Assembly: GCA_036172245.1 (NCBI GenBank)
Contig: JAYWIR010000015.1
Location: 1,984,001 to 2,048,000 of the forward strand
Length of the DNA stretch: 64,000 nt
From: Raillietiella orientalis
Taxonomy: Eukaryota
Direction of reading: 5' to 3'
A program made the translations under genes and the position numbers. Positions 1 through 13,800 of the stretch are shown in pieces. The notes below the pieces were generated by a model that searched no databases, was not told the DNA's origin, and worked only from the letters and a program-made list of their open reading frames with translations. Every line of letters starts with the position of its first letter. Within the stretch, counting starts at the first letter, position 1.

Positions 1-1040
1 GATTGACCAACTGACATCAGTGTGGCAGGGACACCGAGAGTCTATGGTCTAAAGGAAGAAGAGCCTCGAGAAGAACAGAATCCCGCTGAAAATTTTCTGG
101 TGGAGAAACCACCATAACGGTCGACAGCTTCACCTTTGGCAGCAACATGAGGAGAAAATTTAAGTCCGGCGTGAGAGCATTGCAGAGAGAACACGCATGG
201 CAATCCCTAGTCCAAAAACACATTAGTGCATGCCCCGCACATTGCGTGGCAAGCACCACGCTTCAGGCTTCTTCCTCACCAATAGAGAATACCTGAGGTT
301 TCAGGACTACAGATTCATCCACGCAGCCCCACTAAGCGCCCTACCAGGGCTGAGCCCGAGATGAAACCAGAACAACGCGCATGTCGGCGCAGCCAGACTG
401 AAGACGAAACGGTGTCTCACATGTTAAGCAGATGCAGGAGGCACAATCATTTGCCCATTGGGTTGGCTGAGGCAAAGTGGACCCTAGTGTTCACTAACCA
501 GAGCTCTAGGAACGAACTCCCTCTTGAGACCGGACTTAGCGATGTAGAGAGGAAACCGGATCATAATGCTGTACGTCTGCTGCCCGTACGAGATTGGAGG
601 AGAGGCATTCAATACAGCTAGGAGGAGAAAACAGGAAAAATGCAAGGAAATAGCCCTTCAGCTAAGCAGAGGGAGGAAGCAATGCAGAGTTCATGCTTTC
701 CTCGTTGGCTTCTGACGTCTGGGATCCAGGTAACGAAGAAGTGCTGCAGAATCTTGGAATTCCGAAAAAGCACTTGGTGACGATGGGGAACCTCATGATG
801 GCTCCATGCATACGGTACTCCGGCGACATCTATTCAGCTCGCGTCACACGAAAGATCGACAATCAGATGCATCCGGAGTACTGCAGAGATCAGCTCTCTC
901 GAGACGGAGGACAAGAAGCTGAGGAAGCAACAGGCTGAAGGACGACAAACGCGCCAGATGGAAAGATGAGGAATTCAGGAAGAATGTCAAGAGTCTTCCC
1001 TGTAACGCGATATTGAATTGTGAATCTAAGTAATAAAAAC
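1..1040 (+). mobile_element. Degenerate 3' end of an RLE-type (NeSL/Utopia/R2-like) non-LTR retrotransposon
   Basis: Frameshifted peptides in the expected order: zinc knuckle (RACRRSQTEDETVSHMLSRC..RHNH), a KPD motif, then WDPGNEEVLQNLGIPKKHLVTMGNLMMAPCIRYSGDIYSARVT. The last resembles the WDPxNxxxL...IRWSRDIY C-terminus I recall for NeSL/Utopia elements. An AATAAA lies at ~1032. Motif recall only; no search run. Confidence 0.6.
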
Positions 1041-1049
1041 TTGACTATT

Positions 1050-1620
1050 CGGCATCCATTCGCTCTCCGAAAGTCCTGCACCGGGCTGCGAGTCTCACTG
1101 AGAACCACTGTGGCTGGACCCTAGGGATTTCAGGACCCACCAACAGCCTGATTTCCCCTTGCCCTGTTTGAGGGAGATGGAAAAGAAGATTGCCTCGGGA
1201 AACGTCCAAAGCAGCAGATGCGTTTGCTAGGAGAATCGACTCAGCCACTACCTTCAGACTCACCTGCTCATCAGCAGGAGTTCTAGGAACAGCAGCTGCT
1301 CCTCCAGCGCTCTTCCAGCCAGAGAATTGGACTGAAGATTTCAGAGTTTACCAGAGAGTTGGCAACAGCGAAAGGTCCTCCTTACCAGGCAGACTGCCTT
1401 AGGAAAGGCACAGCGTCTTCCAACATCCACTTCTCTCGAGAAAGTCTCCTGTGCATCTCCTAAGTTACCGGAGACGGGATGTGCAACCATGCAACCAATT
1501 CTGCAGACTCTTGAGCTTCTCAAATAAGGTAACCAGAGGATAGTGATAATGGTGGGAAATCCCTTTCTCATCCACCCTCCAGCGTTCGTCTCTACATTAG
1601 CGTGCATCATGAAAACCAAC
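1050..1620 (-). mobile_element. Possible degenerate gypsy-like integrase fragment
   Basis: Fragments across frames (AHPVSGNLG, RTFRCCQLSGK, WTFPEAI) resemble the integrase HHCC zinc finger and the TRFPEAI-type motif. Heavily disrupted. Confidence 0.35.
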
Positions 1621-4600
1621 CGTAGATAAAGCAAGCATGCAGCCACGACCACATCCAGCTCTTCCCACTACATGGTGAGGCGTTATTTGGATCCCCAGGC
1701 GAAGAGCATTCATTATGCCGGTACCTTCTCCCTTCTTGCCTGCCACCTAGTGGCTGCATCCTTTCAACAGTGCTGTAGTGATCGTGAGGACAGCAGCTCT
1801 ACCAACGTTTGCAACTGCCGTGAGGCACGCGATGAGAGACCACCTCCGCCGCCAGACACGTTTGCCAATCGCTGCGTCTTGGTGAATTGACATACATCTG
1901 TGAAAGAGTTTTTCATCCCGTGGAAGATTGCAGCACGCGCTTTCAACATCTCGGCTGCAAAGACGTAGTTTTTTTCTCTTTTATAGAAACCTCAGCACGT
2001 GTCACCGTATGTGATTTTGAGCCACTGTTATCGAGACCAAAGCTCTCAAGTCAGCGAACATGTCTTTGCTGCTTCTCTCTCCATGAATTTTCGGATCACC
2101 TGATGGACGAGGTTTCTACCAGACTCTAATGACCGTTTGAAATCACTCATTTCTTCACAATGCTGTGGTACCCACGTGAGGAGATGTCTTTTCCGTCCGT
2201 TCCGGGTTCCCATGCAACGTAGTCGCTCTTCCGCTCTGTGCTGCCGCTGTGTCAAAGCTTGCGTCAAGGATGACTGACCGTTGGTCGATGTCTGCAATCA
2301 GCCACCAGCACCCCCTAAAGGAGGAGCCCCTGATCCCAGTGTGTATCGAGGTGTGAAGCCTCCGGTCAGCTCCGCGAGGCGACACGGGATCAGCAGCCGC
2401 GTGGAACTTGGCGCGACGCCTGGACTACTGGGACCGAGGGAGTGGATTTCCCGCGACGCAGCAATTCAGCTAGGCTTGCAGGATCGCTTGCAACTCCGAC
2501 AAAGGAGATCTTCCCAGCTCGTGTGTGCCACTGATGTGTGCCCCTCCCTCCCTCCCCTCCCTTCTCGGAAATTGCTTGCAGCTCCATTTTTCTTACAGCT
2601 GGCGAGCGAACTGGACCGATTTCGAAAGTTAGCGTACGTAGCCGTCTCACCCATTCCTTTTTATCGTTTTTTAGTCTAATGATTTCACTTATGCGCCTGC
2701 GATGATGCTGATATTGATCATCCAAACAAGAATTGTCAAATTACGGCTCTACAGGGAACAGGGATGCCAGAAATGCATGCATGCTGAATCAATAGCGTAG
2801 GTTAATCGCCCGCAGATGTCTTACGCAGAGAGCATTTCCTAGAATGCCAGAACAGAAAGAGTGCAGCTCGTATGAACCTTTCGTAGGGAATCTCAGGGGA
2901 AGACATGGAGAAGGAAATAAAAACCACTTTCCACTTTGTTTTCCTTGTTTTCTTTGCTCGATCTCAAAGCACGGAATACGGACCGGCTGAACTTCGTCCG
3001 CCAATCACGAGGCAGCGGATGAGAGAGAAAGCAGACCAGAAGTGGGAAAAACGAAATTGTCCATGTTGTCTTCCTCCGGGAGGGATTTTCACCCGGTGAT
3101 CACCGGGGGGTTTATTTCATAAGGAAAATGAAAAATAAACAAGCAGGTTGGGAAAAAAGCAGTCCCCAAAACGGATACGGAAGGAAAAGGAGTTTATCTG
3201 GGGAGTCCACCAGCACTCACTCGTTTGATGAGGCAGTCCGCAGTGAAAGGAAAGGGAAGGCAATAAAGAAATAACAAAAAAATAAGACTATGGGGACAGG
3301 TGAGGCTATGGTGAGATCACCATGGAAGGGATGGCGAAGTGAAAAAGACACACCGAAGAACACTGAAAAAGTAGCGTTCGAATGCAAGTCGAGGTGAGAT
3401 CGACCGATGGCTAATAGGCAGACGCTGTATTCCGCCTGTGTAATACAGCATGATGATTAGCCATTTAAATGGCAGCTGGGAGATGGCAGCACTTCGATGT
3501 AAAGGATTGGATAGAAGATTTTGCTGCAGTTGCGCTAGGTGAGACCGTCCTGAGTTTGCGGTGCCCAGTTTAGCGTAATGGTGACGAATTGATAGTGAAA
3601 AGACCCTTTCGAACTTCGTGCTCTTACCTCGTTGAAGAGTTCCGAGTTGTCACCAGGTGAGGACGATGGAGTGCAGCTCTTCGTAATGGACCTCTCTTGA
3701 AGCTTACATGGAGTCTTCTCATGCTTTTGTAATTCCTACAAGAGTGGTGTTGAAACTGGGTGGTCGTGACTTAGTGAGGTTATCCGGAAATGAGGCTGTT
3801 GCCTTAGTGTGCATAATGAGGTTCAAGAAGGTGGTATGTGCTTAGAAGATTTTTGAGTTTTAGGTAGGTAGATTATAAGGTGCCGTGACTTGATCCTTCA
3901 TGAGTTTCACGAGGGTGATCATGGACCGAAGATTAGTAGGTGGAAATCCAGGAGTGATTAGGTGTATGTCGCTTACCGTCGACTATGGGTATGAATCCAA
4001 TGGCCTGTTTTTCTTAAGTGCACATGATTGGCTGCTGTTGCAGATCAAGAAGACTACCCTGTAGCACTGGGAACTGGAAGTCGCCAGTCAGACTTGCTCC
4101 GGCAAAGGGATCGAAGCTGCAGACAGAGCTGATTCAGAGAGAACGTCATCATCATGCTGTGGGTGTGATGTTCTCCTTCAAGTATGCAGTAGCAACGGCT
4201 CCAGAAGAGTCGAGAGCTTGCTCTCCTCTTCGTCCCCAGGCCTTCACCCGCGTCCCTGAGAGCGCTCGCTCCTGGCAGGGTGCCTGGAATCTGGGGATAT
4301 GGCCGACGACGAAGAGCCGAAAAAAATTGCCGAAGGAGCAGACCCAGAACAGCAGGAAGGAAATGGTCATCATCCATTCCCTGGATGTGTGTTGAATGGA
4401 GGAATCCCCGAAATTCTGTGAAGAGCTGGATTGGCAGGAGAATAAGAATTCCTCCTCTTCATCTGCTTCATCCTTTTATGGACTAAAAATTTGAACATCC
4501 ATTCGAGGTGAAACTGGAATGCACCGACTCCATTGCTGGATTTTCCAAGATCGGAGAAATAGCCTTGCATCTCCAAGAGAACCGAAATGCTTCTTCGAAA

Positions 4601-7600
4601 GATAGAGTCCTTGAACACTCCGCGCCGTTCGCCTCCTTCTTCGACGGCTCACCTCCAGGAGATCTTCAGAGACGGTTTCGAGTTGCTGCGAACGCTGCCG
4701 AAAGATTTCCTCCGGTGTGAGCGCTACTCTTTGCAAAGGAATGACTTCAGATCTTGTAGCATCCCGGGCAGCTTTGCCCCAAAAAGTGACCTGCTTAAGT
4801 TTTTCCACCTGTGCTCCCTCGTGCAATTAATTTTGCAAATGGATAACGAGGGACACGCATCCCAGTTTTCGACAATCGGAGAACTGGTTTGGCTATGTAC
4901 CTAGAGCGGTCTCTTTGGTCCTGAAGCTTTCCTCGTAGAGTCCCTGGGACATACGGCGGCGAAGAACCGAAAGAACCACCGGAGAAGCAGGCTGAGCATA
5001 TCAAGGGAAAAGCAGTATGTTCCAGGATCCAGATATTCCCAAGCGTGTACCGGAAACATCGGGTGGGTCACTGGTCTCACTGAAGACGTCCTCATAAATC
5101 AAATGAAGACGAGGCAAAGAGAAGAGACGGGAGAAAAGTATAGGGGAAACTATCCACTTTATCTGCCTTCATCTTTTAGCATTAATCTAATGAGCAAATT
5201 CTGAATCAACAAGGGGATTAGGTTTGGGGATTAGAAGGTTTGGGAGTTAGCCATGGTGTTGCGTCTATTAACAAGTTGTGTCCCTCAAGTTTGTGGATGA
5301 TTGGGAAAGTTCTTCTTCTATATACGGAAATAGTGGATATGGTGAAGTATATGGTGATTTGCTTAGGTACGCCCTAGGGGGTTGGATGAGAACTACGTAC
5401 CCGCTGCTGCAGCTGTAGTAGCTATATTTATCCGACTTGTTTCTCCATCAAAAAAGAAGCAACAAGTTCTTGAAGGTAAAAGCCAGTTTGCGCGACCAAA
5501 CCAACCTCCATTCTTCCAGCGTGCTACGTAAAGGACGTCAGTTGATCCTCGAATCCAATTTAAACCACGATCCATGTAGGCTGGAGCGGAACTTCTACTG
5601 TTCCATTTCAGCTCGGAGGTTCCTCTGATTCGTAGACGGATCCCAAACTTCATTGACCAGCATCCCATCGCATGCCTGGTGACACGCATGCGGAATCACT
5701 CCAGCGCCTTTGTTTGTGCCGCAAGTTTCCCTCCAAGCTTCGGCAGCAGCTCCAGTCCTGGGATCATAGATTTCCGTTTCGGCAATCCTACCACTTGCCG
5801 GCTTCATTCCAGACTTTATGAAACGCGCAAGAGGCGGGCACTTCTTTATGACGCTTCTTCATGTTCCACAGATATAAGAAAATGTCACAAGAAGGAATGT
5901 TCCTTACCCGTGGCTCAGTGTCTTTGCAGAGGTCTTGTGATTCCTTAGAACTAAGTAGGCAGAAGCTTTTCCATTGTAGCAACTGGAAACAACGTGGAAC
6001 TCGTTGCCAGTTCAATAACCTTTCGAATGAAGTAATAAATATCATTATTATTGGTCATTTGTTTTCAAAACAACATCGGAATCGAGCCTCTATCTGTGGT
6101 GCTGAGGAAGAAATGGACCGTTTTCCATTTCTATGCAAAAAGCCATCCCTGAGTCAATGAATCAGTTCTGAAACGATGGCATATGTTGAAATCTCTTGCG
6201 CGAGGAATTCGACTCTTTTCGTTCCCCCCCCTCTGCTTCTTATTTGACCCTTTCGCAGAAGGGTCTAATGGGGGAAGTTTTAAGAGAAAAGTTTTTTCGC
6301 ATAACGAATTTATGATTTCCTCCAGAGTGTGCAAGAGGGAATTTGCATCCTCTGTCGCCTTCGCGCGGAATACCTCGCGGAACCCGAAGGTAAGAGCGAT
6401 GGGCTTCCCGTACAACGCGGGTCCCCATGGCGCGCGCCAAGAAAAAAAATGGCGACATTTCCTCGCATAATGTGATTGATCGGCCCCGTACGACGCTGCG
6501 AATAAATCTTAATTCCGTGGCACTGGGTCGGTTCAGCCGTTTTCAAGAAGAACGTGAGAATCAAAGCAGCAGAGAATCAAACATTCCATCGTCATCTGAG
6601 TTGGGTTGAACCAGCTGTCTTGCCCAAATTTCTTGATTACGATAGCGTAAGATACCTTTGAAACTATAAACTGGGTTCAACTGATTAGGTATCAACGAAA
6701 CCCTAGAAGTTTTTTTTTATTTTTGGCTTACTTCAACCTAAAGAATAAATGGACACTTTTACTAAAGTGAAATGATCACATCCGATTGTCCTGGCGTTCA
6801 AGACACATTTTGTGTGTTTTATAAGCCATATTATCCATGTATGACCCATAGGGCTCGTGTGACTCCTCACACGGACCCTATGGGCCTATATCATATCCTC
6901 CGCATCATACGGGAATATATTTCGGACCTACTGCACTTCTTAGCGCTGTTTTTCTTGTTTGTTTTACCCTACCCTCCCCCCTCCCGGCTGCTAAGATACT
7001 CCAAGATGCTGGTTATTGTTAATCCCAGAGAATAGCACCCTCTGAAGATGCATGCCCACTTCCAACATTGATGAAAAATAGAAAGCAGGATGTAGGAGCG
7101 GTGAAGGTCCACGACAATTATGACAACGAAAACTGGATAGCTGGAACGAGATGGATGGTGCAGGCGACGCCATCACCTTACACGCCTTTTGAATGCATGC
7201 ACATCGTGTCAAAATGGAACAATTCCGTTGGGCAACAGCGCGACTCAATTGAAGTCCGGATATGTTATCGGAAAACGAACGAAAGCAACAGACTTCCGAC
7301 GACTTTGGTTAAAAGAAATCGAAGCAGTGTGAGCAACAGTTCCGTTCGAGAAAATGGCGAATGTCTGTGAGACTGACATTTTGCCATTTAGGATGGTAAC
7401 AAAGTTCCAAAGAGGCCTCCGGCGCAAGCTGGTACGAGCAACTCAGAGTTCATGTCCAAGGATTCCAGTCGACCGGCGGAGGAATGGTGGAACCAGGAAA
7501 CCAGGATGCACAAGGGGTTCCGACAAGCCGCCAGAGAGAACCCGTGCATGGGACGATACCAAGGTCGTCCAGAGAGTGAAGAGTCCCCAGGCCGCCACAT

Positions 7601-8189
7601 CGGACGGTGTGAAGGAAACGTTTCGCGAAAATGATTCCATCCATGTGGTCGGACGAAACCACTGTTGAGCTGCATCCTACGATCACGCTGGCTGCTTACA
7701 CAGTGTGCAAACCGCTCCAGGGAGGCAGAGGAGTGTGGACGTAGGCAGAGCTTCCTGATAAAAATGCCGCGATTACGCATCCGTAGATGCTTCTAATAGA
7801 AGGTGATTCGAGCGTCGCGTTCCTTCCAGAAAAGGATGTGTTTGCCAACTGCTGCTTACCTTGTTTTCCCCAGGCGCTGCTCTCATTTGGTTATCTTCGA
7901 GTCAGGACTCTCAGATGGAATCAAATCCAATTCTGGTAAAGCTTTCTGACCTTTTCATCAAAGCTACAAATCTCATTCTTTACTGTGGAGCTAAATAAAC
8001 ACTCTTCCTTATGAATTGCGCAAATTCAAAATTGCAGGAGTCACAATTTCTTTAATCCTACTCAAGATGTGTGATGTATGATGAGGGTGGTGTGATGTTC
8101 GTCGATGTTTCGTTGCGTTTTGATTGTTTTGAAAACATCAAAGGCGTTCCTATCTCTGTTTGTCATTCCAAAACAATCAGCGAACGTTG

Positions 8190-9070
8190 CATTTGGATAC
8201 AGGCAGGGAGGGGGCAGGGAGACGGCTACCACCACTTCCGCGTACTCAGGTACATCGAGATGATGAGAGGTAAGTTCACCCACCGCACGCGCGAAATGTG
8301 GAAAAACCACAATAGCTGCGCGTGATCCAGGATGAAGAAGAATAAACCTTTACCTCCTCATGCCTAAAGAGGATAAGTACATCCATGCCCTCCAGGAAGC
8401 TGCGAATCGCCACGGAAGTGACACCGCTAACCCGTTGGCGGTTTGAACGACGCTTTGGAGTGACCTGCCGCCGGACACTCAGGATAATCTAACCTCCTGA
8501 TGTTTTATCACGGAGGAATCCTGAGTGGTTCCAGAATGAAACACTGGACAGGAAACCAAATACAAGAGGACTGCAGGGAATGCGATGACGTGGATACGAG
8601 ACTTCACATCTTGACCTGTCCGACAATGCACCTAGAATGGCAAACCCTGAAGAGGGTCATAAGGCTGCCAAGCAACACGAATTTGGAAGTCCTCTCCGGG
8701 ATGTTCCAGGGAACTGCAAACGTGCCCCGTTACAACCCGATGGTCAGGACGACCATAGCCCTATTCATCACTGCCATCCTTATACGATGGTGCAAGATGA
8801 GGAACGCCAGGATAGCCATATCTCCCCTGGAAATCCTGAGGGACTATCCAAAGGGAAGTTGGCATAAGAAACTGTGGAAGAGGGCAGTCCTGGACGTACC
8901 GCTATATTCTGAAAAGGATCAAGGACACTATCCAGATACACCCAACGCCAAATCCCCCCTAGTACATAGACCCAAGTGCATTCCCCCAAAGGAAGTGAAT
9001 TTAAGGAAACAGTTAATCTGCGCCCTGTCTTGAGTGAATGTGTTCTGTAGATTGGATCTAGATAAATAAA
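8190..9070 (+). mobile_element. 5'-truncated LINE ORF2 C-terminal fragment (CCHC zinc-knuckle region, L1/Tx1-like)
   Basis: ORF 8500-9033 contains CRECDDVDTRLHILTC (CxxC-x8-H-x3-C) followed by W...LWKR. An AATAAA follows at ~9066. Confidence 0.5.
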
Positions 9071-11069
9071 ATTACCCCACCCCTCTTGGGACTGAGGGAA
9101 ATTAATACATGGTAACACCGAGTTCGAGTCACGAGGCGAGCTTAACGATTCCCATGAATCGGAAACCGAATGCAAATGCCGAAAGCACCCCAAACTTGTG
9201 GTTTCATTATCTACAGAAAGTCACTAGAGCCAGTCTACTGAGAACCGCACGTAGGCAGAGAATTTCCGTGAGGATTCATTCGTCGCTTCCCCAGAGAGAG
9301 AGATCCAGAGAGAGAAAGCGAGACTATGGTTGCCTTGTGGCAGGGGATAGGGAAACCAGAGAGAGAATCGCACATCTCCACCGAGGGATACCATGATGAA
9401 AGCTTTGCGCCGAATGTAAGATATCGACCAACTGGTTCAACAGAAATTTTCCGAGGCGGAGAACTACCGGCAGTGGGAGGGGGGAAGAGAAACAGGAAAA
9501 AAAAAAAACCCAGCATTGGCCGTCTTCTTGTCAGAGAAATCATTTTCTGGATCTACGTGCTTTCAGATTTTGTAAACTTTAAATGAAGATCATGGTTTGC
9601 ACATCGCTATGAATGCCACTCTCGCAGCAGTGCTCATATTCGCCTTTGTCTAGGTTTATTTCTCTGACTTCTAATTTGTCATGCTAGCCATTCCTCTATC
9701 CTTTTGTGCACCGTGAGGCGTGTCATAAATCTGAAACCCGAAGGCGCAGAAAATGCAGACGGAATTCGCAAAAGAACAACAAACAGCACGGGAAATCGTC
9801 GACCCCTACCCCAAGAGTGCGCAAATGTGTTCTCGACATGCCTCGGAGGATTTTCTCCCGCGTTCTTCCCAGGCCGATTTTGCAGACCCCTACCAGCTGG
9901 CAAGCTGCCATGCTGAGTGCCTCTGCCGTAGCGTCATCGAGGAGCAGAGACCGTCAACACGGAATGCCCTCTCGAAGATGACCCACCATTCCGAAGATAA
10001 TGCACCGATCCTGCAGTGCATGAGGGAGTGTTTGCTTGCATCTGACCATAACCAAAATAACGATGTGCCGTAATGCACTTGCTGACGGCTAACCTCGGCG
10101 CGTTTCACAGGCAGTGTATGGTGTGGCAGTGACAGCTAAGAACTGAGAACTGATAACAGGAATCGTTTGTACTGCAATCCACATTGGGGAACAAGGAACG
10201 AGCTCTTGAAGTTTCCGGCGGTATTAGCAGACGCAAGGACCAGTGCTTCACAGAGCGGCACGTTCGGCGAGAGATAATGACGGAATGCTCCACAGCGGAG
10301 GTCGTATCCGAAACAAGGCATGGTGCAAACCTTCGAAAAGCAGCCTTTGAGGCCTATCCTCTTGGAACGTTTGCGAAAATCGGGACTGAATGGTGTCTTG
10401 TGCGCTCGTAGAAAGGCTGTCCGGTAAACAAGAGCGGGGGTGGCAAATTTTGCTGTGATGATTCACTTTGATGACGTCTCATCACTGTTGACGGAAGAAA
10501 AGTTTTTTAAAATGCAAAAACTAGAAAATCAGCGGATATTTTTTTTTTAAGAAAAAAAAAAAAATTGGAAAAAAGTAGAAAAATCACCGCTAAGCTACGA
10601 CTAGAAGTAGTAGGTCCAATGAAGATGGAGTACCTAAATTGGATTCGGAATCCCTTACTTCTCAAAGGAATCCTGAGACGCCTATGCTACTCATTGCTCA
10701 TAAAGTGATCAGGGGGTGGATGATTTTCGCGGCACTGAGACTGTTTTGCGCTCTCCAGTCAGAAGGTGTTCCCACACATCGTTGGATTCCGAGATCTCAT
10801 TCCGAATGATCGAGAAATACCCCTGGATTTGGGGAGAGCATTAATAAATCATCAAAGTGCTATCTGCCCACTGATTTAGGACTCCCAGTGAGCGACCGAG
10901 CAACAGAAGGGCATTAAATGTAACACGAAGACGTGAAGAAGAACAATAATTATGATGGGTGACAAGAAAAAACGTCCTTCGCCTCCCTGGAGTGCTGAAT
11001 AAGAAAGCAGCGCATGCATTTCCTCCGGCCCGTCCTTTGCTCTTCCGCAATGCTCCGCTCGTAGCTCCC

Positions 11070-12030
11070 GAACTCTGCGGAATGAGACGCGAAACCCAGA
11101 CTCGGTAATGAGGAACCGATCGGGACCTTCTGGTACAGTTCCTTGACCTGGAGGCTCTTGGCCGAAGTGCAAGGGAGACAAAAGGCTGCGCAAGTCCGAC
11201 CTAAGACTCTGCTCCTGTGGAGTTTCCTCCGTTCGAACTCGCTCTGCTGCTCTCCAGAGCATTGGTCCCCAGCGTTTTCAGGGCAGCTCGCGGGGCACCA
11301 GTCGAAGGCGCGCCTCTGCTGCAAAAAGTTGGCCAGCGAAAGGACGCGGAGACCACGCAAGTTTGTTCTGGTGCTTTTCCGCCGACCGAGCTTTCCATCT
11401 AGACCCCGCATGGACCTTTCTATGAACGCCTCGACGAGGATTGCAACCGACCTCATCCTAACGGCACTCTCTTCGGCTTCCGGAGAATAAAATCAAAAAG
11501 TTGATCGAAACAGACGAAGTGAAAGTTCCCACCGCCCTGTTTGCCTGTCTCTTTTCTGGAGCCTTTCCCCTCAATCTCCCAAGGTTCTTACACTGCTGGC
11601 AGTGGCCATCTGATACTTCCGGTGAACTGCCCTGCCTCTTCGGCCTTTTCCGGCTCTTCCCCTGCAGAATCCCAGACAACCCACCTCTTGCTTGGGTCTG
11701 GAACTTTGCTCTGGGTCTCTTGCTTTGGAGGCGAAGTGGGCAACCAGCTCTCGCTGTTTCGTCGTCCTTCGCCATGCCTCTTGCAATACGCTGTTGACGG
11801 AAATCCACTAGCAGCGTCGGGAGCTCTGCTCTGCTCCCGGAACAAGCCGAAATGGAAGCTGACAAATCCCACGCCCAATTTCAGGGTAGCCCTCCTGATC
11901 TGGGTCGCCGGCTCTCCAGATCTCTCCCATCTTCCTCGGTTGAGGTGGTCCAGAGATTTCCTCCCGCGCTGAGCTCCTCCCGCGCTGAGCTCCTCCTGCA
12001 CAGGTGATCGCCACCTGGCGGGCAGTGTTC
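11070..12030 (-). mobile_element. Possible degenerate L1/Tx1-like ORF2 fragment
   Basis: Frameshifted LKLGVGF, VVWDSAG and VKELYQ segments loosely match the post-RT KILGVxF / FxWxGK / KxLY motifs in order. Confidence 0.3.
11961..11996. repeat. 16-bp tandem repeat (ctcccgcgctgagctc x2 plus a partial copy)
   Basis: Read directly from the sequence. Confidence 0.85.
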
Positions 12031-13559
12031 GCATAGACGGAAGCTCGAGTCGCTTCTCATAGATGACTCTGCACTCTGATGCGGTGCATCGATGCGACGG
12101 GGAATAGGAAATGCCTGGCGCGCGGCGCTGCGTTCCTTCGAACCGACTGTTTAGATTACGGAGTTGCCAGGGAACACTCGGGACCCCCCAATTCTCCTCC
12201 TAGTGACGTTCCGAAAGGAAGAGCGCTGGGGGAGGAGGAGGTCACTGGGACTCGCGCCAAAGCAGCCGGGGAACGGCGGAGGAAGTCCGAGCTGCCACGG
12301 AACAATCGCGCCGACGTTTTCCTCCTCTTCGCTTCCACCCTGAGCGATCGCCTCTGCTTCCCCCCCACCCCACCCACCCCCATCGCGGCCGACGTTGAGA
12401 ACCTCCCCCAAAACGCGAGAGAAGAGAAAGGGATCAAATGAAGTGGCTCCGAGGAATCCTGCGGACGAAGGTTGGCCGAAGAACGCCGGCTCCGACTTTT
12501 ACGGTGCTCCTCAGTTGCTCCATGAGTTATGGCCGCGATTATGCCCCCCGCATAGGAAAAGCACCTTGCAGATGCGAAAGATAAATTGCACTAATAAAAC
12601 CGGGAACAATCTGAGATAGAGAGAGAGAGAGAAAAAAAAGAATTTCGCAAGAAAGCCCTCTCTGGAAGCCTCTTCACGGATCGCTACGGATGAGAAATAG
12701 AACCGGGAGCACACGTCACGTGATACACACATGTAATTAGAAATACTCGGGGACATTTTTTCCTCCCTCCCCCAGGAATGCGGAGGAACCTCCTCGCTCA
12801 AGGAACAGCGATTGTTCGGAGACTCCCGCACGATCCCCGGCGCGACAAGCCTTCTTTCGGAGCCCAGGAGGGAAGGATGCCAGGGCAAGACGGAAATTCC
12901 GGGCGAACTGCAATCGGGATGGATCCCACCCGCGATCCCGACGCATGAATCGAAAGGCGCGAGCGTTCCGCCGGGCGAGGAAAAAGAGAAGCGTTCTCGA
13001 GACGCGTTCTCCGACGCTGCCGAAAAGCACAGGAAGTGGACTCCTCGGGAGAAGAAGAATCTCCGGACGTCAGAGCTGGACGTTGAAGAGCGCGTGGAGA
13101 TCGCCGAATCCGACTTTAATCACCTAATGATGCTTCGTCAAGCAGGAATCCAGGAAAACGGCGGGTGCTCCCGGAACAGTTGGCGAAATTTCATTTCTTT
13201 CTACGCCTGCGTCACTAAGCAACCAAGGCAAAAGGGGGGAAAGGGGCGGGAAATGAACCCGCTGATATCAAGATCGGCCAGCGCGTTGCCTCGGCACCGC
13301 TCTGCCAGCAGTTCCGCCGCAGCAGCCGCACGGCCTGCGTTGGCTCGAGCGAATTTCTTTCTGCTCGCGTCGCGGGCGAACGGCGCCATCCAGACTCCAT
13401 CCGCCGTGAAGGGAACAGGGGAGGAGGGAGAACTCTCCTTGCACGTTCCGAGGATCTGCGAATCCGCTTTGTCTCTCCCACCTGCGGAGATCGTCCCCAG
13501 ATCACGGCAGCCTCGGACTACATGATTCACCGAGCGGATGCTGGTCCGGCCATGTTCCG

Positions 13560-13800
13560 GTGCCTGAATCATCAGGACGGTCATCGAAAAGCCACTCCTA
13601 CAATTTCGGCCAGCCCACGGAGGCAGCCGCCGGATTCCAACACGCACCCGAAGGGTCAACCAACGTCATCCTGCGGGGCGGAAGAGTCGAAACCAACGAT
13701 GCACTCCTCCCCCCATTCCCAGGATCGCTCCTTCACGCGGGGAGGATTCGAACCCGCGACACCAGGTACCACGCAGTCGTTGCGGGTGGTTCGATTCTGC
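13560..13800 (-). mobile_element. Possible tRNA-derived SINE remnant
   Basis: Minus-strand B-box GGTTCGAATCC at ~13746-13756. No complete cloverleaf or clear A-box. Confidence 0.3.

Noticed and set aside
5073..5130. Second hammerhead-like candidate (CTGAAGA, stem, GACGAGG)
   Set aside because: The GAAA box reads GAGG, and there is no stem III or UH site. Similar partial hits at ~399, ~47443 and ~53728 also lack the required stems.
6330..6530. CpG-rich patch with AAAATGGCGAC and a GTAAGA donor, suggesting a promoter or first exon
   Set aside because: I could not link any downstream exons or coding similarity to it.
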